A stretch of DNA of 64,000 nt from an uncultured Bacilli bacterium (lineage in GTDB: Bacteria > Bacillota_I > Bacilli_A > RF39 > UBA660): positions 168,464 through 232,463 of the forward strand of contig CAKOHZ010000002.1 of assembly GCA_934086315.1 (NCBI GenBank), read 5' to 3'. The notes beneath the pieces are model-generated. The model made no database searches. It was not told the DNA's origin and saw only the letters and a program-made list of their open reading frames with translations. Shown here in pieces: positions 60,713-64,000 of this stretch. The translations under genes were made by a program, and so were the position numbers. Position 1 is the first letter of the stretch. Each line of letters starts with the position of its first letter.

Positions 60713-61473
60713 TGTATTGATATTACTCCTTTTTGAACTAAATAAGCATATACAAGTACTAAATGAAATGCAGTATAAAATATATCATAAAATCCTATTC
60801 TATTAGTTCTATAGTTAGTTCTATATCTTTTCATATTATAAAGTCTTAATTCTGAAGCAAATGCCATATCTCTACTTTTCCTTTTAGTAAGAGCAAGTAT
60901 ATTACCATATATAGTCCCCACTGCATTCATTCTACCAAATATATTAGAATGAAAATAATCTATTCCCCTACTAGCTTCTGCCTTTAAAGTTTTATATTCT
61001 ACTGTTAACATAAGTGGAACGTATCTTAACATCTTATTTATTTTAAAAGCAAACTTAGTAATTGGTAAATATAAAAAATTAAAATATGATAAAAATTTTT
61101 CTATACCATAAGCGCTTTCACTAGGACTAGTAGTATAAGCAAGTATATTTAAATATTCTACTATAGTTATAAGTTTAACTATATAAACAACAGTCTGTGT
61201 TATATTAAGTCTAAAATATGCACAAATAAATGCTATTAAAATATAAATATATCTTAAAGACCAAAATGTTCTAAAGTAATATTTAAATGGTACAAAACTT
61301 AATAACTGCATACATAGAACTAATCCAAATAGAAATAAATTTATATATAAAGAATCAGTAAGTAACATAAGTACAATAGCTACTATAAAATCAAATAATT
61401 TAATTACTGGATTTAATCTATGTACTGATGAATCTACTGGATAAAAAGAACCAAATGAATTTCTAGAATACAT
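60709..61473 (-). CDS. ecfT: Energy-coupling factor transporter transmembrane protein EcfT.
   Basis: 5-TM protein with the coupling-helix motif KAEASRGIDYF (ARG-type). It sits at the conserved ecfA-ecfA'-ecfT-truA position. Confidence 0.7.
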   Translation of the reverse strand: MYSRNSFGSFYPVDSSVHRLNPVIKLFDFIVAIVLMLLTDSLYINLFLFGLVLCMQLLSFVPFKYYFRTFWSLRYIYILIAFICAYFRLNITQTVVYIVKLITIVEYLNILAYTTSPSESAYGIEKFLSYFNFLYLPITKFAFKINKMLRYVPLMLTVEYKTLKAEASRGIDYFHSNIFGRMNAVGTIYGNILALTKRKSRDMAFASELRLYNMKRYRTNYRTNRIGFYDIFYTAFHLVLVYAYLVQKGVISIQ

Positions 61474-62305
61474 CTCTATATACCCCCTTTATAAGGTCAA
61501 GTATATTGTCATAGTCATGTATATATCTTCCTTTTTTCTTACATTCATCTATAAATGTAACTATCTTTGGTACTTCTACTCCAATTTGATTTAACGCATC
61601 AATATCTCTTAATAATTCTTTACCACCAAATGCTACTAATTTAGTTAAATTCATTAGGTATACATAATCTGTTATTTGATAACAAAAATTAGTATCTTTA
61701 CTAAGTAGTATTATTGTCTTTTTATATTTATTTTTTAAGAGCCTTAGTAATCTTATTAATTCTTTTTTGTCATTTGAATTAAGTCCAGCTGTATATTCAT
61801 CAAGTATTAATATACTTGGATTATAAACAAGAGCACACGCAAGAGCTACCTTTTTAGCATCTACTAGTGTTAATTCATGTGGATTCATATTTAAGTATGA
61901 GTCATCTAACCCAACTAACTTTAAAGCATCACTAGCTCTTAAGTCTATTTTTTCTAATTTATACTTGAAATATTTCATTCCAAATTCTATTTCACTTTTA
62001 ACAGTTTTATTAAAGAACATATCATATGGATTTTTAAATACATATCCAGTTTGAAATCTAAGCTTATTTATATTCTTTATCATTCTACCATCATTAATAA
62101 ATCTTCCTATTTTAACTCTACCACGAGTAGGCATTATTAAAGCATTTATTAAGTCTCCAATAGCTGTCTTACCACTATTACTTCTACCAATAAATGAATA
62201 TATACCAGGATTCTTTATTTCAAATGTTATATCACTTATAATAGTTTTTTCTAAAGGAGTATATGCATCTATAACAAAACTTACATGATCAAATCTTATT
62301 TCCAT
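61463..62305 (-). CDS. EcfA2-like ABC ATPase with intact Walker A/B but degenerate Q-loop, signature and H-loop.
   Basis: Walker A GRSNSGKTA and Walker B ILILDEYTAGL. At the LSGGQ position it has NPHELTLVDAKKV. The Q-loop reads TGYVFKNPY and the H-loop position reads LLSKDTN. Confidence 0.6.
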   Translation of the reverse strand: MEIRFDHVSFVIDAYTPLEKTIISDITFEIKNPGIYSFIGRSNSGKTAIGDLINALIMPTRGRVKIGRFINDGRMIKNINKLRFQTGYVFKNPYDMFFNKTVKSEIEFGMKYFKYKLEKIDLRASDALKLVGLDDSYLNMNPHELTLVDAKKVALACALVYNPSILILDEYTAGLNSNDKKELIRLLRLLKNKYKKTIILLSKDTNFCYQITDYVYLMNLTKLVAFGGKELLRDIDALNQIGVEVPKIVTFIDECKKKGRYIHDYDNILDLIKGVYRDVF

Positions 62306-63063
62306 AATGCACCTACCAATTCTTTATCATCTAAATAATATTTATTAATAAGTCCATAATCCATTAAATATCTATTTAATTCAACTATAAATGGAAGACC
62401 TAAACCAAGTCTTTTAAGTATTTTTTCCTCATTTAAAACACTTAATGTTTTACCTTCACAAACTATCTTTTTTTCATATACTACTATTATTTTATCTCCA
62501 TATAAAGTTTCTTCCATATCATTAGTAAAATTCATTACTATACCACCATCTTTAACATATTCTTTTAATATATCAAAAACAAGTAATTTATCTTCATAAT
62601 CTAACTCACAAAGTACATTATCTATTACTAATACTTTAGGTTTAACTATTAAAGCAGATAATATTTTCATCTTCACTCTATCACTAGCCCCCAAACTATT
62701 AGGATCTCTTATTAATAATTCTTTTAATTTAAAATGTCTACTTTCACTATCTATAAGTTCTCTAATTTCATTCTTTTTCATAGCTAAACTTTCAAGTCCA
62801 AAAGCTATTTCATCTTCTACAGTTTCGCCCACAAAAATATTTAAATGTTTATATAAAACAAAACTCATTCTTCTTCTAATAATATCTAAAGTCTTAGGAC
62901 TAAAACTAGTATCTCCTACTTCTATAGTAGCTTTTTTATTTCCATGTAAAAGAGTATGAATTATTAAATCATTATTATCTCCAATAATAGATACAAATTC
63001 ACTAGGTTTTAAATTAATACTAATATCTTCACCAAATGTATATTTAAAGTAAACATCTTCCAT
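62296..63063 (-). CDS. EcfA1-like ABC-fold protein lacking all catalytic motifs (pseudo-ATPase).
   Basis: Walker A position reads IIGDNNDLIIHTL with no GK[ST], signature position reads SLGASDRVK, Walker B reads VLVIDNVLCELD with no DE, and H-loop reads NFTNDM. It is collinear with EcfA in length and position. Confidence 0.55.
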   Translation of the reverse strand: MEDVYFKYTFGEDISINLKPSEFVSIIGDNNDLIIHTLLHGNKKATIEVGDTSFSPKTLDIIRRRMSFVLYKHLNIFVGETVEDEIAFGLESLAMKKNEIRELIDSESRHFKLKELLIRDPNSLGASDRVKMKILSALIVKPKVLVIDNVLCELDYEDKLLVFDILKEYVKDGGIVMNFTNDMEETLYGDKIIVVYEKKIVCEGKTLSVLNEEKILKRLGLGLPFIVELNRYLMDYGLINKYYLDDKELVGALWK

Positions 63064-63123
63064 AATAATACTCCTTACTAGAATTATACTATATTTTTAA
63101 GCATTAAAAAAGATTTTATAAAC

Positions 63124-63747
63124 TTAATTTTTATAAAATCTATTATAGTATAACGCTATTAAAATAGAACCAGTTGAATTACCAAGTAACATTATAAGTA
63201 TATAAAGTAATGATTTTAAACTTAATAAATTTGCTACACTTATATAATACATATTAGCTATACTATGTTCAAAACCACTAAGTATAAACACCATTACACA
63301 CATAAATATGCAGGAGTATTTACCTATTTCATTATTTATCTTTTTATAATTGTTTACTGCTATATACATAAGTATTCCACATAACATAGATAAAATAAAT
63401 ATACTTAACAAGTTATCATTTAATTTTAAATTTACTAAATTTACTGCTTTATCACTAACACTTTTAAATCTTGTTAGAAGCACTAATCTTGCTACCAAGA
63501 ATGTACCAATAAAGTTACCAACTATTGTTATTAATAACTCATGAATATAATTAAATTTATTTATAAGTATATAGCCTATTTTACCAGTAAATAAATTCAT
63601 ACCATACATACATATAACAAGAAGTCCTATTGAAAACAAGAACGCACCAAATAAGTTATTATCTACTCTTAAATATACAGTACCAGCAATACCTATCATA
63701 ATACCGGCAAATATACTTTTAATTAAACAATCTATATATTTTTTCAT
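63124..63747 (-). CDS. Formate/nitrite transporter (FNT) family-like membrane protein, unusually short.
   Basis: FNT hallmark motifs are present, NLFTG (L/FTG) and SGFEHSIANM (FEHSIAN). It is only 207 aa, with about 5-6 TM helices. Confidence 0.45.
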   Translation of the reverse strand: MKKYIDCLIKSIFAGIMIGIAGTVYLRVDNNLFGAFLFSIGLLVICMYGMNLFTGKIGYILINKFNYIHELLITIVGNFIGTFLVARLVLLTRFKSVSDKAVNLVNLKLNDNLLSIFILSMLCGILMYIAVNNYKKINNEIGKYSCIFMCVMVFILSGFEHSIANMYYISVANLLSLKSLLYILIMLLGNSTGSILIALYYNRFYKN

Positions 63748-63763
63748 GACTCACTTCAACTTT

Positions 63764-64000
63764 CTAAACTTCATTCCATTTAGCTTCTAAAGTAATATTA
63801 CCACTTACAACTTTATCAAAATTATACTTAATATCGTTATAATACCAACCATCAAATGTATAACCATCTTTTACAGGTTCTTTTGGTGCTATAGCCATTT
63901 GGTTTTCAAGTACTTCTTGTGTTGTGTTTTCTTCTCCATTGTTATATACAAAAGTAACAATAAATTTTAATCTATATTCAGCTTTTAATGTAGTAGTATT
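63764..64000 (-). CDS. C-terminal end of a surface protein with a Listeria-Bacteroides (Flg_new) repeat. It is partial, and its 5' part lies beyond the window end.
   Basis: Hand translation reads ...AEYRLKFIVTFVYNNGEENTTQEVLENQMAIAPKEPVKDGYTFDGWYYNDIKYNFDKVVSGNITLEAKWNEV*. The GY.F.GWY...TL.AKW pattern is typical of PF09479. Confidence 0.55.
   Translation of the reverse strand, partial: NTTTLKAEYRLKFIVTFVYNNGEENTTQEVLENQMAIAPKEPVKDGYTFDGWYYNDIKYNFDKVVSGNITLEAKWNEV

Noticed and set aside
1-64000. Search for mobile elements, CRISPR arrays, rRNA genes and prophage genes.
   Set aside because: No transposase, integrase, recombinase, terminase, capsid or Cas-like proteins were recognised in any frame. 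No rRNA-like conserved stretches were seen. The only tRNA is tRNA-Arg(CCT). The tandem paralog pairs are protein-coding duplications, not IS elements.

Overview
This is a 64 kb window from a very AT-rich, low-GC Firmicute (Bacillota). It looks like a spore-former lineage, since SpoVS, a SigF/G/B-type sigma factor and a Bacillus-type rplJ-rplL-ybxB-rpoB-rpoC block are present. Almost all genes are on the minus strand and tightly packed, with many recognisable rho-independent terminators.

- **Recognisable core genes.** Present are signal peptidase I, ffh, rpoB/rpoC, rplJ/rplL, a YbxB-like methyltransferase and cdaA-cdaR. Next come a 5-formyl-THF cyclo-ligase, spoVS, an AI-2E transporter, recD2, a YfhO-like glycosyltransferase, tRNA-Arg(CCT), rseP and cdsA. 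Also present are arcA-arcB with a polar amino-acid ABC transporter, leuS behind a T-box leader, a GH31 alpha-glucosidase, a HerA-like ATPase, truA and ecfT with two EcfA-like proteins.

- **Synteny is broken.** There is no rpsL-rpsG-fusA-tuf after rpoC, no rplK-rplA before rplJ, no rpsP after ffh and no glmM after cdaR. Lineage-specific envelope and secreted-protein cassettes, often as tandem paralog pairs, sit at these junctions.

- **Main candidate for a new system.** A tight four-gene operon lies between rpoC and ffh. It encodes a small acidic protein, a membrane-embedded TIR-domain protein (N-terminal zinc ribbon, cytoplasmic TIR, five TM helices, extracytoplasmic SH3b-like tail), a YdjI-like SPFH/band-7 protein with a double zinc ribbon, and a membrane protein with an extracellular BspA-type LRR domain and a cytoplasmic coiled coil. 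Together this is a split, Toll-like-receptor-like arrangement that could serve envelope surveillance or defence.

- **Other points worth a second look.** Two type-IV-pilin-leader proteins are fused to DUF285/BspA-like repeat domains. Two TasA/camelysin-like secreted proteins with SipW-type signal peptides are fused to an unusual C-terminal domain. A STAS antagonist is coupled directly to a sigma factor with no intervening anti-sigma kinase. Both EcfA-like proteins have degenerate ATPase motifs next to an intact EcfT. A T-box leader controls a small membrane protein together with leuS. At the window start, a dedicated signal peptidase sits in a vWA-protein cluster.

No CRISPR array, transposase or integrase was seen.
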